Source: Sphingomonas sp. | GTDB lineage: Bacteria; Pseudomonadota; Alphaproteobacteria; Sphingomonadales; Sphingomonadaceae | Direction of reading: 5' to 3' | Length of the DNA: 64,000 nt | Assembly: GCA_965260965.1 (NCBI GenBank) | Contig: CBDHCA010000003.1 | Span: 781,533-845,532, forward strand | In this document: positions 44,570 to 54,138 of the stretch, one piece after another | Numbering within the stretch: the first letter of the stretch is position 1 | How the letters are laid out: each line of letters begins with the position of its first letter | The notes under the pieces: model-generated | Told to the model about the DNA's origin: nothing | Database searches by the model: none | What the model saw: the letters and a program-made list of their open reading frames with translations, nothing else | Made by a program: the position numbers and the translations under genes

Positions 44570-45912
44570 TCCGCCTGTCGGTCACCGCGCGCATCGCGCT
44601 GCTGTCGATCGTGCTGGCGCTCGCATCCAACCTGGCGATGGTCGGATTCGTCTGGCAGCAGACGAAGGGCGACGTGATCGCCGCCATCCGCCACGATACC
44701 GCCGAACAGTCCGACGCGCTGGCGGCGATCTACCGCGCGGGCGGGCGGGCGGCACTGGTCGAGGCGGTGAGGGCGGCGCAGGTCCCGGGCGACATCTCGC
44801 TGGCGGTGGGGCTGGTTTCGGCGCAAGGCCGCGGGCTGGTCGGAAGCGTGCCGGACCGGCTGGCGGTGCCGCTGGCCAAGACCCGGTTCCGCATCGCGCG
44901 GCTGGGCCGGCAGGGTGACTGGGCGCGGCACCAGACCGGCTATTCGCTGGTCAGGCTGGGCGATGTGTGGCTGCTGACGGGGCGCAAGCTGGACCGTATC
45001 GCGGCCGAGCAGCACGCGATCGAACGTGCGCTGGCGCTGGCGGTGTTCGTGTCGCTGGGTCTGGGGATCATCGCCGGGCTGGTGCTGACCCGGTACGTGA
45101 CCCGGCGGTTGGAGGACATCGTTCGGGTGGTCGAGGCGGCGCGCGAGGGCGACCTGTCGCGGCGGGTGTCGGTGACGGGTGGCGGCGGCGATGCGTTCGA
45201 CCGGCTGGCCGCGCGGCTGAACGTGATGCTGGAGAAGCTGGAGCGGGTGATGGGCGAACTCAGGATTGTCACCGACAGCCTGGCGCACGACCTGCGCTCA
45301 CCGCTGGCGCGGCTGAGGACGAAGGCCGAGCAGGCGGTCATGATCGAGGACGCGGGCGGACGCGAGGCGGCGTTGAACGGGTTGTTGGCGGAGACCGACC
45401 TGGTGATGCGCATGCTGACGACCGTGATCGAGATCAGCCGGTCGGAGCAGGTGTCGCGCGACCGGTTCGCGGAGGTCGCACCAGCCGAGCTGGTCGAGGA
45501 AGTGGGGGAGCTGTACGGCCCCGTCGCGGAGGATCTTGGGCTGTCGTTTGCCGTCGTGATCGACTCGGCGCCGGCGCCGATGCGGCTGCACCGCGAACTG
45601 CTGAGTCAGGCAATCGCGAACCTGATCGACAATGCGCTGCGGCACGGCGCATGCGGCGCAAGCGTGACCGTGCGGCTGGCCGACGGGCACGAAGGTGTTG
45701 TGATCCAGGTGGAGGACCGGGGACCGGGCATCGCCGAGGCCGATCATGCGACGGCGATGAAGCGCTTCGGGCGGCTGGACCATGCGCGTTCGCAGCCCGG
45801 CGCGGGGCTTGGCATGGCACTGGTCGACTCGGTCGCGCGGCTGCACAGCGGCCGGTTCGAACTGGCCGACAATGCGCCGGGACTGGTCGCACGGATCATC
45901 GTCCCGCGCTGA
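44566..45912 (+). CDS. HAMP-domain sensor histidine kinase
   Basis: Two TM helices, H-box LAHDLRSPL, N-box NLIDNALRH, and DRGPGI and GAGLGM boxes. Confidence 0.95.
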   Translation: MIRLSVTARIALLSIVLALASNLAMVGFVWQQTKGDVIAAIRHDTAEQSDALAAIYRAGGRAALVEAVRAAQVPGDISLAVGLVSAQGRGLVGSVPDRLAVPLAKTRFRIARLGRQGDWARHQTGYSLVRLGDVWLLTGRKLDRIAAEQHAIERALALAVFVSLGLGIIAGLVLTRYVTRRLEDIVRVVEAAREGDLSRRVSVTGGGGDAFDRLAARLNVMLEKLERVMGELRIVTDSLAHDLRSPLARLRTKAEQAVMIEDAGGREAALNGLLAETDLVMRMLTTVIEISRSEQVSRDRFAEVAPAELVEEVGELYGPVAEDLGLSFAVVIDSAPAPMRLHRELLSQAIANLIDNALRHGACGASVTVRLADGHEGVVIQVEDRGPGIAEADHATAMKRFGRLDHARSQPGAGLGMALVDSVARLHSGRFELADNAPGLVARIIVPR

Positions 45913-45933
45913 CACCGGGTTCAAACGAGATGC

Positions 45934-45962
45934 TTGACAGTTCATTACGACTCCCTTAATTG
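45934..45962 (+). promoter_or_regulatory. Putative sigma70 promoter of the rpsM operon
   Basis: TTGACA at 45934-45939 with an AT-rich -10-like TAATTG 17 bp downstream. Confidence 0.5.
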
Positions 45963-46085
45963 GCGATAACCCGAAAGACAGGACCGGCGGCGCCACGGCG
46001 TTCGCCGTCATCGTGCGTGAGGGATAATCGCGTCGAGATGAGGCCGGCTGCCATGCAGGCCTTGTGGAGCAGGAGAAACGAATTC

Positions 46086-46454
46086 ATGGCACGTATTGCG
46101 GGTGTCAACATCCCGACCAACAAACGCGTGGCGATCGCGCTGACCTATATCCACGGTATCGGCCAGACGAGCGCGGAAGCGATCATCGACAAGCTGGGCA
46201 TTTCGCCCGACCGCCGTGTCCAGGACCTGTCGGACCAGGAAGTTCTGCAGATCCGCGAAACCATCGATGCGAGCTATTCGGTCGAGGGTGATCTTCGCCG
46301 GCAGACCGCGATGAGCATCAAGCGGCTGATGGACCTGGCCTGTTATCGTGGGCTTCGGCATCGCCGCGGACTGCCGGTGCGCGGGCAGCGCACTCATACC
46401 AATGCGCGTACCCGCAAGGGCAAGGCCAAGCCGATCGCGGGCAAGAAGAAGTAG
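46086..46454 (+). CDS. rpsM: 30S ribosomal protein S13
   Basis: [10 protein letters not shown] and [14 protein letters not shown]. Confidence 0.99.
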   Translation: MARIAGVNIPTNKRVAIALTYIHGIGQTSAEAIIDKLGISPDRRVQDLSDQEVLQIRETIDASYSVEGDLRRQTAMSIKRLMDLACYRGLRHRRGLPVRGQRTHTNARTRKGKAKPIAGKKK

Positions 46455-46556
46455 CAGGAACAGTCCGCGGGACTGTTCCGCCGTTTCTTTCATGTCGGAG
46501 GCGACCCGGGTTCGGGTACCGCCCCCGCCCAACGCCAAGACAAGTCAGGATTTTCG

Positions 46557-46946
46557 ATGGCCCGTGAACCCCAGCGCGTCAAACGGCGCGAGCGCAAGAA
46601 CATCACCGCCGGCGTCGCGCACGTGAACGCCAGCTTTAACAACACGATGATCACGATCACCGACGCACAGGGCAATGCGATCAGTTGGTCGTCGGCCGGC
46701 ATGATGGGCTTCAAGGGTTCGCGCAAGTCGACGCCCTACGCGGCGCAGGTCGCCGCCGAGGACGCGGGCAAGAAGGCCGCCGAGCACGGGGTCCGCACGC
46801 TGGAGGTCGAGGTCAAGGGTCCGGGATCGGGTCGCGAGTCGGCGCTGCGCGCGCTGCAGGCGGTCGGTTTCCAGATCACGTCGATCAGGGACGTGACGTC
46901 CATTCCGCATAATGGCGTGCGGCCGTCGAAGCGTCGCCGCGTCTGA
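46557..46946 (+). CDS. rpsK: 30S ribosomal protein S11
   Basis: [20 protein letters not shown] and IPHNGVRP. Confidence 0.99.
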   Translation: MAREPQRVKRRERKNITAGVAHVNASFNNTMITITDAQGNAISWSSAGMMGFKGSRKSTPYAAQVAAEDAGKKAAEHGVRTLEVEVKGPGSGRESALRALQAVGFQITSIRDVTSIPHNGVRPSKRRRV

Positions 46947-47040
46947 TTTGTCAACCCGCGCCCTCCGGTTGGTTGCGTCGTGGGTCCGTTCGTTCATGGC
47001 CGTCGCGACCCGCGCCGGCCCCCAAACCTAGGGGAATCCT

Positions 47041-48108
47041 GTGGCTGTCAATGCAAAGAACTGGCAGGAACTGAAGAAGCCCAGCGGCCTGGATCGGCGT
47101 GCAGGCAGTGACGCCAAGCGCAAGGCGACCTTCATCGCCGAGCCGCTGGAGCGCGGATTCGGCCTGACGCTGGGCAATGCGCTGCGCCGTGTGTTGCTGT
47201 CCTCGCTGCAGGGTGCCGCGGTCACATCGATCAAGATCGAGAATGTGCTCCATGAGTTTTCGAGCCTGGCCGGCGTTCGCGAGGACGTTACCGACATCGT
47301 GCTGAACGTGAAGCAGATCGCGATCCGGATGCAGGGAGAGGGGCCGAAGCGGCTCCAGCTTTCTGCGACGGGGCCAACCACGGTCACGGCGGGCGATATC
47401 GCGGTGTCGGGCGATATCGAGGTGATGAACCCGAAGTTGGTGCTGTGCCATCTCGACGAGGGCGCAACGCTCAATATGGAGCTGACCGCCGATATCGGGA
47501 AGGGCTACGCAGCCGCCGCGGTCAATCGCCCGGCCGATGCGCCGATCGGGCTGATCCCGGTCGATGCGCTGTATTCCCCCGTGCGACAGGTGTCGTACAA
47601 GGTCGACCCGACGCGTGTCGGGCAGGACCTGGACTATGACAAGCTGACGCTGACGGTCGAGACCGACGGGACGCTGACTCCCGATGACGCGATCGCCTAT
47701 GCGGGTCGTATCCTTCAGGACCAGCTGGCGCTGTTCGTCCATTTCGACGATATGCCGATGCCGGCCAGTGTACCCGCGATGAGTGTGCCGGTGATGCCGG
47801 TCGCAGGCGAACCGATCGGCGACACGCAGCAGATCAACCGCTATCTGCTGAAGAAGGTGGACGAGCTGGAACTCTCGGTACGCTCTGCCAACTGTCTGAA
47901 GAACGACAACATCATCTATATCGGCGATCTGGTCGGCAAGACCGAGTCCGAGATGCTGCGGACTCCGAACTTCGGGCGCAAGTCGCTGAACGAGATCAAG
48001 GAAGTGCTGTCGTCGATGGGGCTGAGGCTGGGGATGGAAATCCCTGGCTGGCCGCCCGAGAATATCGAGGAAATGGCGAAGAAGCTGGAGCAGGAAATCA
48101 TGGGGTGA
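47041..48108 (+). CDS. rpoA: RNA polymerase alpha subunit
   Basis: [22 protein letters not shown] and LSVRSANCL. Confidence 0.99.
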   Translation: MAVNAKNWQELKKPSGLDRRAGSDAKRKATFIAEPLERGFGLTLGNALRRVLLSSLQGAAVTSIKIENVLHEFSSLAGVREDVTDIVLNVKQIAIRMQGEGPKRLQLSATGPTTVTAGDIAVSGDIEVMNPKLVLCHLDEGATLNMELTADIGKGYAAAAVNRPADAPIGLIPVDALYSPVRQVSYKVDPTRVGQDLDYDKLTLTVETDGTLTPDDAIAYAGRILQDQLALFVHFDDMPMPASVPAMSVPVMPVAGEPIGDTQQINRYLLKKVDELELSVRSANCLKNDNIIYIGDLVGKTESEMLRTPNFGRKSLNEIKEVLSSMGLRLGMEIPGWPPENIEEMAKKLEQEIMG

Positions 48109-48134
48109 GCCTTGTGACCCTGTGGTTCAGGTAA

Positions 48135-48165
48135 GCGGGACCCCGGGTCGAGCCCGGGGTGACGG
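48135..48165. repeat. CGTC-type REP-like palindrome, copy 2
   Basis: GCGGGACCCCGGGTCGAGCCCGGGGTGACGG, between rpoA and rplQ. Confidence 0.75.
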
Positions 48166-48240
48166 ATATTTGGTCGGTCCGCCGTCCCGACCTGGTCTGG
48201 AGTACCTCGCACGGCTCCTTAACGAACGAAGGAACGAGAT

Positions 48241-48663
48241 ATGCGTCATCGCGTCGGCGGCCGGAAGCTGCAACGGACATCGGCCCATCGCCAGGCCCTG
48301 TTCCGCAACATGTCTGCCGCGCTCATCAAGCATGAGCAGATCACGACCACGCTTGCAAAGGCGAAGGAGCTCCGCCCCTATGTCGAGAAGCTGATCACGC
48401 TGGCCAAGAAGGGCGGGCTGTCGAACCGCAGGCTCGCGCATGCACGGTTGCTGGACGATGCGCAGCTGGTGAAGCTGTTCGACGTGCTGGCCTCTCGGTA
48501 TGCGGATCGGGCCGGCGGCTATACCCGCGTCATCAAGGCCGGTATCCGTGCATCGGACGCGTCGCCAATGGCGGTGATCGAGTTCGTCGACCGCGATATC
48601 GCTGCCAAGGGGCAGGACTCGGGGCCGGTGATGAGCGACGAGGATTACGACGAGGCGGCGTAA
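48241..48663 (+). CDS. rplQ: 50S ribosomal protein L17
   Basis: [16 protein letters not shown] and GGYTRVIK. Confidence 0.99.
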   Translation: MRHRVGGRKLQRTSAHRQALFRNMSAALIKHEQITTTLAKAKELRPYVEKLITLAKKGGLSNRRLAHARLLDDAQLVKLFDVLASRYADRAGGYTRVIKAGIRASDASPMAVIEFVDRDIAAKGQDSGPVMSDEDYDEAA

Positions 48664-48699
48664 CTGGACGGCCGAAGGGCGCGCCGGTATCGCGCGACG

Positions 48700-50256
48700 A
48701 TGGAGCAGCAAGACTCGATCCTGATCGTCGATTTCGGTAGCCAGGTCACGCAGCTGATCGCGCGACGGGTCCGCGAGGCGGGGGTGTATAGCGAGGTCGC
48801 GCCGTTCCAGTCGGCCGGGGAGGCGCTGGAGCGGTTGAAACCGGCGGGAATCATCCTGTCGGGCGGTCCGGCGTCGGTCACGCTGGAGACCAGCCCGCGC
48901 GCGCCGCAGGCGCTGTTCGATGCGGGCGTGCCGATGCTCGGTATCTGCTATGGGCAGCAGGTCATGTCGGCGCAGCTGGGCGGCGCGGTGATTGTATCGG
49001 GCGACGGCGGCGAATTCGGCAGTGCGTTCGTCGATATCCGGGAGCCGTGTTCGCTGTTCGACGGACTTTGGGCGCCGGGCGAGCGGCACCAGGTCTGGAT
49101 GAGCCACGGCGACAAGGTCGACACGATCCCGCCGGGCTTCGTGCCGGTCGCCACCTCGACCGGCGCGCCGTTCGCGATCGTGGCCGACGAGGCGCGGCGC
49201 TATTACGGTGTTCAGTTCCATCCCGAGGTCGTCCACACTCCCGATGGCGGCAAGCTGATCGCCAATTTCGCACGCCATGTCTGCGGGCTGGCGGGTGGCT
49301 GGACGATGGCGGAGTTCCGCGAGGCGAAGATCGCCGACATTCGCGCGCAGGTCGGCGGCGAGCGGGTGATCTGCGGCCTGTCGGGCGGGGTGGACTCGGC
49401 GGTGGCGGCGGTCCTGATCCATGAGGCAATTGGTGCGCAACTGACATGCGTCTTCGTCGATCATGGCCTGTTGCGCAGCGGCGAAGCGGAGCAGGTCGTG
49501 TCGCTGTTTCGGGGCGCGTACAATATCCCGCTGGTACATGTGAACGCGCAGGACAGGTTCCTGGACGGGCTGGCGGGAATCACCGACCCCGAGGCGAAGC
49601 GCAAGTTCATCGGCGCGACATTCATCAACGTGTTCGAGGAAGAGGCGCGCGCGATCGGAGGCGCGACGTTCCTGGCGCAAGGGACGCTCTATCCGGATGT
49701 GATCGAGAGCGTAAGCTTCACCGGCGGGCCGTCGGTCACGATCAAGAGCCACCACAATGTCGGCGGGCTGCCCGAGCGGATGAACATGCGCCTCGTCGAA
49801 CCGTTGCGCGAACTGTTCAAGGACGAGGTGCGCGTGCTTGGGCGCGAACTGGGTCTCCCTGAGCATTTCGTCGGGCGGCATCCCTTTCCGGGGCCGGGAC
49901 TGGCGATCCGTATCCCGGGCGAGGTGACGCGGGAACGCTGCGACATCCTGCGCCGGGCGGACGCGATCTATCTCGAGGAGATCCGCGCGGCGGGGCTGTA
50001 CGATGCGATCTGGCAGGCGTTCGCAGTCCTGCTGCCGGTGCGCAGCGTTGGCGTGATGGGAGACGCGCGGACCTATGACTACGTCCTGGCCTTGCGCGCG
50101 GTGACGTCGACCGACGGGATGACGGCGGAGGCGTTCACCTTTCCCGGCGACTTCCTGCCGCGCGTCGCGACGCGGATCGTAAACGAAGTGCGCGGGATCA
50201 ACCGGGTGACCTATGACTATACGTCGAAGCCGCCGGGTACGATCGAGTGGGAATGA
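48700..50256 (+). CDS. guaA: GMP synthase (glutamine-hydrolysing)
   Basis: [36 protein letters not shown] and KPPGTIEWE. Confidence 0.98.
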   Translation: MEQQDSILIVDFGSQVTQLIARRVREAGVYSEVAPFQSAGEALERLKPAGIILSGGPASVTLETSPRAPQALFDAGVPMLGICYGQQVMSAQLGGAVIVSGDGGEFGSAFVDIREPCSLFDGLWAPGERHQVWMSHGDKVDTIPPGFVPVATSTGAPFAIVADEARRYYGVQFHPEVVHTPDGGKLIANFARHVCGLAGGWTMAEFREAKIADIRAQVGGERVICGLSGGVDSAVAAVLIHEAIGAQLTCVFVDHGLLRSGEAEQVVSLFRGAYNIPLVHVNAQDRFLDGLAGITDPEAKRKFIGATFINVFEEEARAIGGATFLAQGTLYPDVIESVSFTGGPSVTIKSHHNVGGLPERMNMRLVEPLRELFKDEVRVLGRELGLPEHFVGRHPFPGPGLAIRIPGEVTRERCDILRRADAIYLEEIRAAGLYDAIWQAFAVLLPVRSVGVMGDARTYDYVLALRAVTSTDGMTAEAFTFPGDFLPRVATRIVNEVRGINRVTYDYTSKPPGTIEWE

Positions 50257-50315
50257 TGCTGCAACCAAGCGGCGGGGATGGGGGTTGATCTGGTATAACC
50301 CAAAGGAGACACGTG

Positions 50316-50729
50316 ATGGCTGACAAGGTGAAGGATGCGATCGATCAGGGCGCGGACACGGCGAAGGCCGCGACCGACGCCGCCGCCAGACAAGGCAAGG
50401 AGAATGCGGACCGGTTTCGCGAACAGGTCGCGGACCCCGCCAGGCAGGCGGGCGAGGCGATGAAGGAATCCGGGCAGCGCATGGCCGCAGGCGGCGCCTC
50501 GATCGGGACCAGGATGATCGATCAGGCAGAGGCGAATACAAGGGCGGCGTTCGAGGCGATGCGGCGGGCGGCCGAGGCCAAGGACCTGAGCGATGTGATG
50601 AAGGTCCAGGGCGAGTTCCTGCGCGAGCAGGGAACGCGCGGCATGGAGCAGGCGCGCGAGATCGGCGAGATGATCATGCAATTCGGTCGGGACGCGGTTA
50701 CGCCTCTGGGTGGGCGGCGGGAGCGGTAG
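50316..50729 (+). CDS. Phasin-family (PHA granule) protein
   Basis: Ala-rich amphipathic helices and AKDLSDVMKVQGEFLREQ. Confidence 0.7.
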   Translation: MADKVKDAIDQGADTAKAATDAAARQGKENADRFREQVADPARQAGEAMKESGQRMAAGGASIGTRMIDQAEANTRAAFEAMRRAAEAKDLSDVMKVQGEFLREQGTRGMEQAREIGEMIMQFGRDAVTPLGGRRER

Positions 50730-51499
50730 TGTCGCGACCGGGTGACGTTCGCGTACCTGGCGCTCCAAAGGGCCGGCCGTATGACATCATCGGCGTCAAC
50801 TACACCGATCTCCGTCGGCCCGATCCGCGAATCGCAACCATCGTGCGACGGGCACTCGGGGAGGCAGGCACCGTACTGAATGTCGGAGCCGGAGCGGGGT
50901 CGTACGAGCCATGCGACATCGAGGTCGCCGCGATAGAGCCGTCCTGGCGGATGATCCGGCAGCGCCGCGTTCCGGCGGCTCCGGTCGTCCAGGGCCGCGC
51001 CGAAGACTTGCCATTCGAGGACAACGCCTTCGACGCATCGATGGCGATCCTGACGGTGCACCACTGGGCCGACAAGGAGAAAGGCCTGAAGGAAGTGCGC
51101 CGCGTGACGCAGGGCCGGCTCGTTATTCTGACATATGATCCTTCGTTTCGCGACTATTGGCTGGCCGATTATATTCCGGCGCTTATCGATTTGGACGAGG
51201 CGCAGATGCCGAGGATGAGCGACTATGCGGCGTATCTCGGCCCGACGGAGATACGCCCGGTGCCGATCCCGCATGACTGTACGGACGGGTTTCTGAGCGC
51301 GTACTGGCGGCGGCCTGAGGCTTATCTCGATCCCAGAGTCAGGGCCGCAATTTCCTCCTTCTGGGCGGTCGGGGACGTTTCCGAGCCCCTGCGAAGGCTC
51401 GAGAGCGATCTGAAAAGCGGCGAATGGGAGGCGCGTTATCCCGAACTGTCCGGACTGGATGAGCGCGACTGCGGCTATCGGTTGGTGACGGCCCGCTAA
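50729..51499 (+). CDS. Class I SAM-dependent methyltransferase
   Basis: VLNVGAGAGSY, AEDLPFEDNAFDASMAILTVHHW. Confidence 0.9.
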   Translation: MSRPGDVRVPGAPKGRPYDIIGVNYTDLRRPDPRIATIVRRALGEAGTVLNVGAGAGSYEPCDIEVAAIEPSWRMIRQRRVPAAPVVQGRAEDLPFEDNAFDASMAILTVHHWADKEKGLKEVRRVTQGRLVILTYDPSFRDYWLADYIPALIDLDEAQMPRMSDYAAYLGPTEIRPVPIPHDCTDGFLSAYWRRPEAYLDPRVRAAISSFWAVGDVSEPLRRLESDLKSGEWEARYPELSGLDERDCGYRLVTAR

Positions 51500-51514
51500 C
51501 GTGAATGCCGTCCG

Positions 51515-52273
51515 TTATGCCGGATAAGCGAAGGCGCGCCAGCCGCTTCGCTCGAAGGGGGTCGTGTCATCGGCGGGGCGGGCAAGGCGGTCGGCGATGG
51601 CGTACAGAACGGTCGGGTTGACGCACAGACCCCAGTGGCTGCCGTACACGGCGAGATTGTGCGGATTATCGGCAGCGCCGTTGAAACAGTCCTGCCAGGG
51701 AACGATCCCGTCCTCGCGCGAATAGATGGCGGTCGACGGCATCGGAAGTGGGGCAGCGCTTTGCTCCATGCGCCGACGGGTGTCGGGGTCGTCGATCCGA
51801 TGCCCGGCCAGCACCTCATAGGCGCGCCAGACGCGGGTGGCGCGGGGGTTGCCCGCGAAGGGTGAGCCGAGCGTAATGACCTGCCGCACGGCAGCCGGCG
51901 CCTGTCGTGCGATGAGGCGCGCCATGATTCCGCCGAGGCTCCAGCCGACGAGGCTGACCTGTTGGTCGGTATCCGCATGGACGGCGTGGAGGCGCGCGAG
52001 CAGGTGCTCACCCTCCGCACCGATCGAGCGGGGGCCGAGATTGCGCCCCAGCTCCCAGCGATGCGCATCATAGCCGAGCAGGCGGAGATAGGTGCGCAGG
52101 ATCGCGGTCGCGGAGTCGCCGGCGAGGAAGCCCGGAAGGACGATGACGGGGTGGCCATCGCCGCGCGGGGCGCCGGCCAGCAACGGCGCGGCGATCGACA
52201 GCGAGCCTAGCTCGGCGATCGCGCGGGGCAATTCGGTCAGGGTCAGGAGCGGCGAGGGCGGGCCACCCGTCAC
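51515..52273 (-). CDS. Alpha/beta hydrolase (lipase/PGAP1-like)
   Basis: PVIVLPGFLA, the nucleophile GWSLG, YSREDGIV and GSHWG. Confidence 0.85.
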   Translation of the reverse strand: MTGGPPSPLLTLTELPRAIAELGSLSIAAPLLAGAPRGDGHPVIVLPGFLAGDSATAILRTYLRLLGYDAHRWELGRNLGPRSIGAEGEHLLARLHAVHADTDQQVSLVGWSLGGIMARLIARQAPAAVRQVITLGSPFAGNPRATRVWRAYEVLAGHRIDDPDTRRRMEQSAAPLPMPSTAIYSREDGIVPWQDCFNGAADNPHNLAVYGSHWGLCVNPTVLYAIADRLARPADDTTPFERSGWRAFAYPA

Positions 52274-52542
52274 TCCGGCGATGGTCGGTCCTCGGGCAGC
52301 GGTTCACGCGTCGCGAGGGCTTTGCCGAGCATGGCCTCGATGCGGAACAGCGCGGCCTCGACCCGGACGAGGCGCGCCGACAGTTCCTCGATGTCGGAGC
52401 GACCGGGCACGTTGGCCGCGGCCATTGCGCGCTCGGCGAACTGGCGAAAGCCCGCGCCCTGCGACTCGCTATCCTTGCTGAAGGACTGCCATTGGCCCAG
52501 CAGGTTTGCGAAGAACGCGGCGGGATCATTGGGCGTGGTCAT
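52270..52542 (-). CDS. Small PhaE-like / PHA-associated coiled-coil protein
   Basis: DPAAFF...GQWQ and NVPGRSDIEELSARLVRVEAAL. Overlaps the hydrolase start (GTGA). Confidence 0.55.
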   Translation of the reverse strand: MTTPNDPAAFFANLLGQWQSFSKDSESQGAGFRQFAERAMAAANVPGRSDIEELSARLVRVEAALFRIEAMLGKALATREPLPEDRPSPE

Positions 52543-52578
52543 GCATCCTGTGTCGGCGCGGAAGACGGCGGCGTCAAG

Positions 52579-54138
52579 CTATGGACGGGGGGTGCCCGTC
52601 GCGCTGACGGGGATCGGCCCGTCGGCGGTCGCCTCGAGCGTCGAATCGCCGCCCAGCGCCTGATACAGGTCGACCTTGTTGACCGCGCCGATCAGCTGCG
52701 CGGCAACCAGTGATCGCTGAGCCGAATAATAGGAGCGCTGTGCATCCAGCGTGTTCAGAAACGGCTGGATGCCGCCGCGATACGCGGCGTTCGACAAGCG
52801 CAGCGTGTCGGCGGCGGCGGCCTGAAGCTGCTGCGTGGCGCGAAGCTGATCGGCGATGGTACCCTGACGGGCGAGGGCATCGGCCGTCTCGCGAAACGCG
52901 GTCTGGATCGCACGCTCATAGGTGGCGAGTGCGGCGTCGCGCTGCGCCTGGGTATAACGGACATTCGCCTTCGCCGCGCCGGCCTGGAAAATCGAATAGC
53001 TGGCGCTCGGCGCAACCGAATAGTTGAACGCACCGCCGGTGAACAGCGAGGTGAGTGCGCGGCTGGCGAAGCCGACGAAGCCGGTAAGCGCGACGCGGGG
53101 GAATAGTTGTGCGCGCGCGGCGCCGATCTCTCCATCGGCGGCGCGCAGCGTGTATTCGGCCTGCACGACATCGGGGCGGCGCAGGAGGACCGTGGAGTCC
53201 AGCCCGGCGGGAAGCGACGCGAGCGTGGGGGCGGCCTCGTCGATGCCGGCGGGCAGGAGCGCGCCCTCGATGGGAGCGCCAACCAGCAATTGCAGCGCGT
53301 TGCCGTCCTGCGCGACTAGCGTGCGTTGCAGGGCGAGGTCGGCTTCGGCGGTGGCGAGCACGGTCTGCGCCTGGGTGAGGTCGGTGCGCGGCGCAATGCC
53401 GCCGTCGAGCCGGGCCTGCGTCAGGCGCACGGTGATCCGTGCGCTGGCGGCGGTGTCCTCGGCAATCTTCAGCAGGCTGCGGTCGGCAGCGAGCTGCAGC
53501 CAAGAGTTGGCGATGCTGCCGACGAGTGCCAATCGCGTCGCGCGGGCGGCGGCCTCGGTCGCGAAATAGCGGTCGAGTGCGGCGCCGGTAAGCGAGCGGA
53601 TGCGGCCAAACAGGTCGAGTTCAAAGGCGGTGGTGCCGAGCCCTGCGGAAAAGCTGCTGCCGCGCCCCGAACTGATGATCGTGCCGCCCGTGCCGGTACC
53701 CCCGGTACCCGTGCCACCGGTTCCGGTGCCGCCCGTGCCGGTTCCGCCGGTTCCGTTGCCGGAACCGGTGCCGCCGCCGGCGATGTTGGTAGTACCGTTG
53801 CCGCCACCGGAATAGGTGTAGCGGCCCGTCGCATCGATCTGCGGAAAGAGCTCGCCGCGCTGGATCCGGTATTGCGCGCGGGTCGAGTCGATGTTGGCGG
53901 CGGCGATCCGGAGGTCGCGGTTCTCGACCAGCGCGCGCGCGACGATCTGTTGCAGGCGCGAGTCGCGGAAGACGTCGCGGAAGTTGATCGCGGGAAGGGT
54001 TGCCTCGCTCTGCCTGAGATACGCATCGCCGACCGGCCAGGACGGCGGGACGGGAAGCTCGGGACGGACATATTCCGGACCGAGCGTGCAGCCCGCGATT
54101 GTCGACGCGGTAGCAAGCATCATCAGGGCACGGCGCAT
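52579..54138 (-). CDS. NodT/OprM-family outer-membrane efflux lipoprotein
   Basis: Lipobox IAGC, NRDLRIAAAN, FELDLFGRIR, RRPDV and LYQALGG. Confidence 0.95.
   Translation of the reverse strand: MRRALMMLATASTIAGCTLGPEYVRPELPVPPSWPVGDAYLRQSEATLPAINFRDVFRDSRLQQIVARALVENRDLRIAAANIDSTRAQYRIQRGELFPQIDATGRYTYSGGGNGTTNIAGGGTGSGNGTGGTGTGGTGTGGTGTGGTGTGGTIISSGRGSSFSAGLGTTAFELDLFGRIRSLTGAALDRYFATEAAARATRLALVGSIANSWLQLAADRSLLKIAEDTAASARITVRLTQARLDGGIAPRTDLTQAQTVLATAEADLALQRTLVAQDGNALQLLVGAPIEGALLPAGIDEAAPTLASLPAGLDSTVLLRRPDVVQAEYTLRAADGEIGAARAQLFPRVALTGFVGFASRALTSLFTGGAFNYSVAPSASYSIFQAGAAKANVRYTQAQRDAALATYERAIQTAFRETADALARQGTIADQLRATQQLQAAAADTLRLSNAAYRGGIQPFLNTLDAQRSYYSAQRSLVAAQLIGAVNKVDLYQALGGDSTLEATADGPIPVSATGTPRP
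53685..53775 (-). repeat. Degenerate 15-bp coding repeat (GGTGT)n in the OMF gene
   Basis: Protein GGTGSGNGTGGTGTGGTGTGGTGTGGTGTGGT, with varied codons. Confidence 0.8.

Noticed and set aside
39255-48663. No rpmJ, infA or rpsD in the spc/alpha operons
   Set aside because: These genes are normally located elsewhere in Alphaproteobacteria.
53685-53775. Repeats considered as a possible CRISPR array (also the 5137 and 21340 repeats)
   Set aside because: They are in-frame coding low-complexity repeats with no unique spacers and no cas genes.
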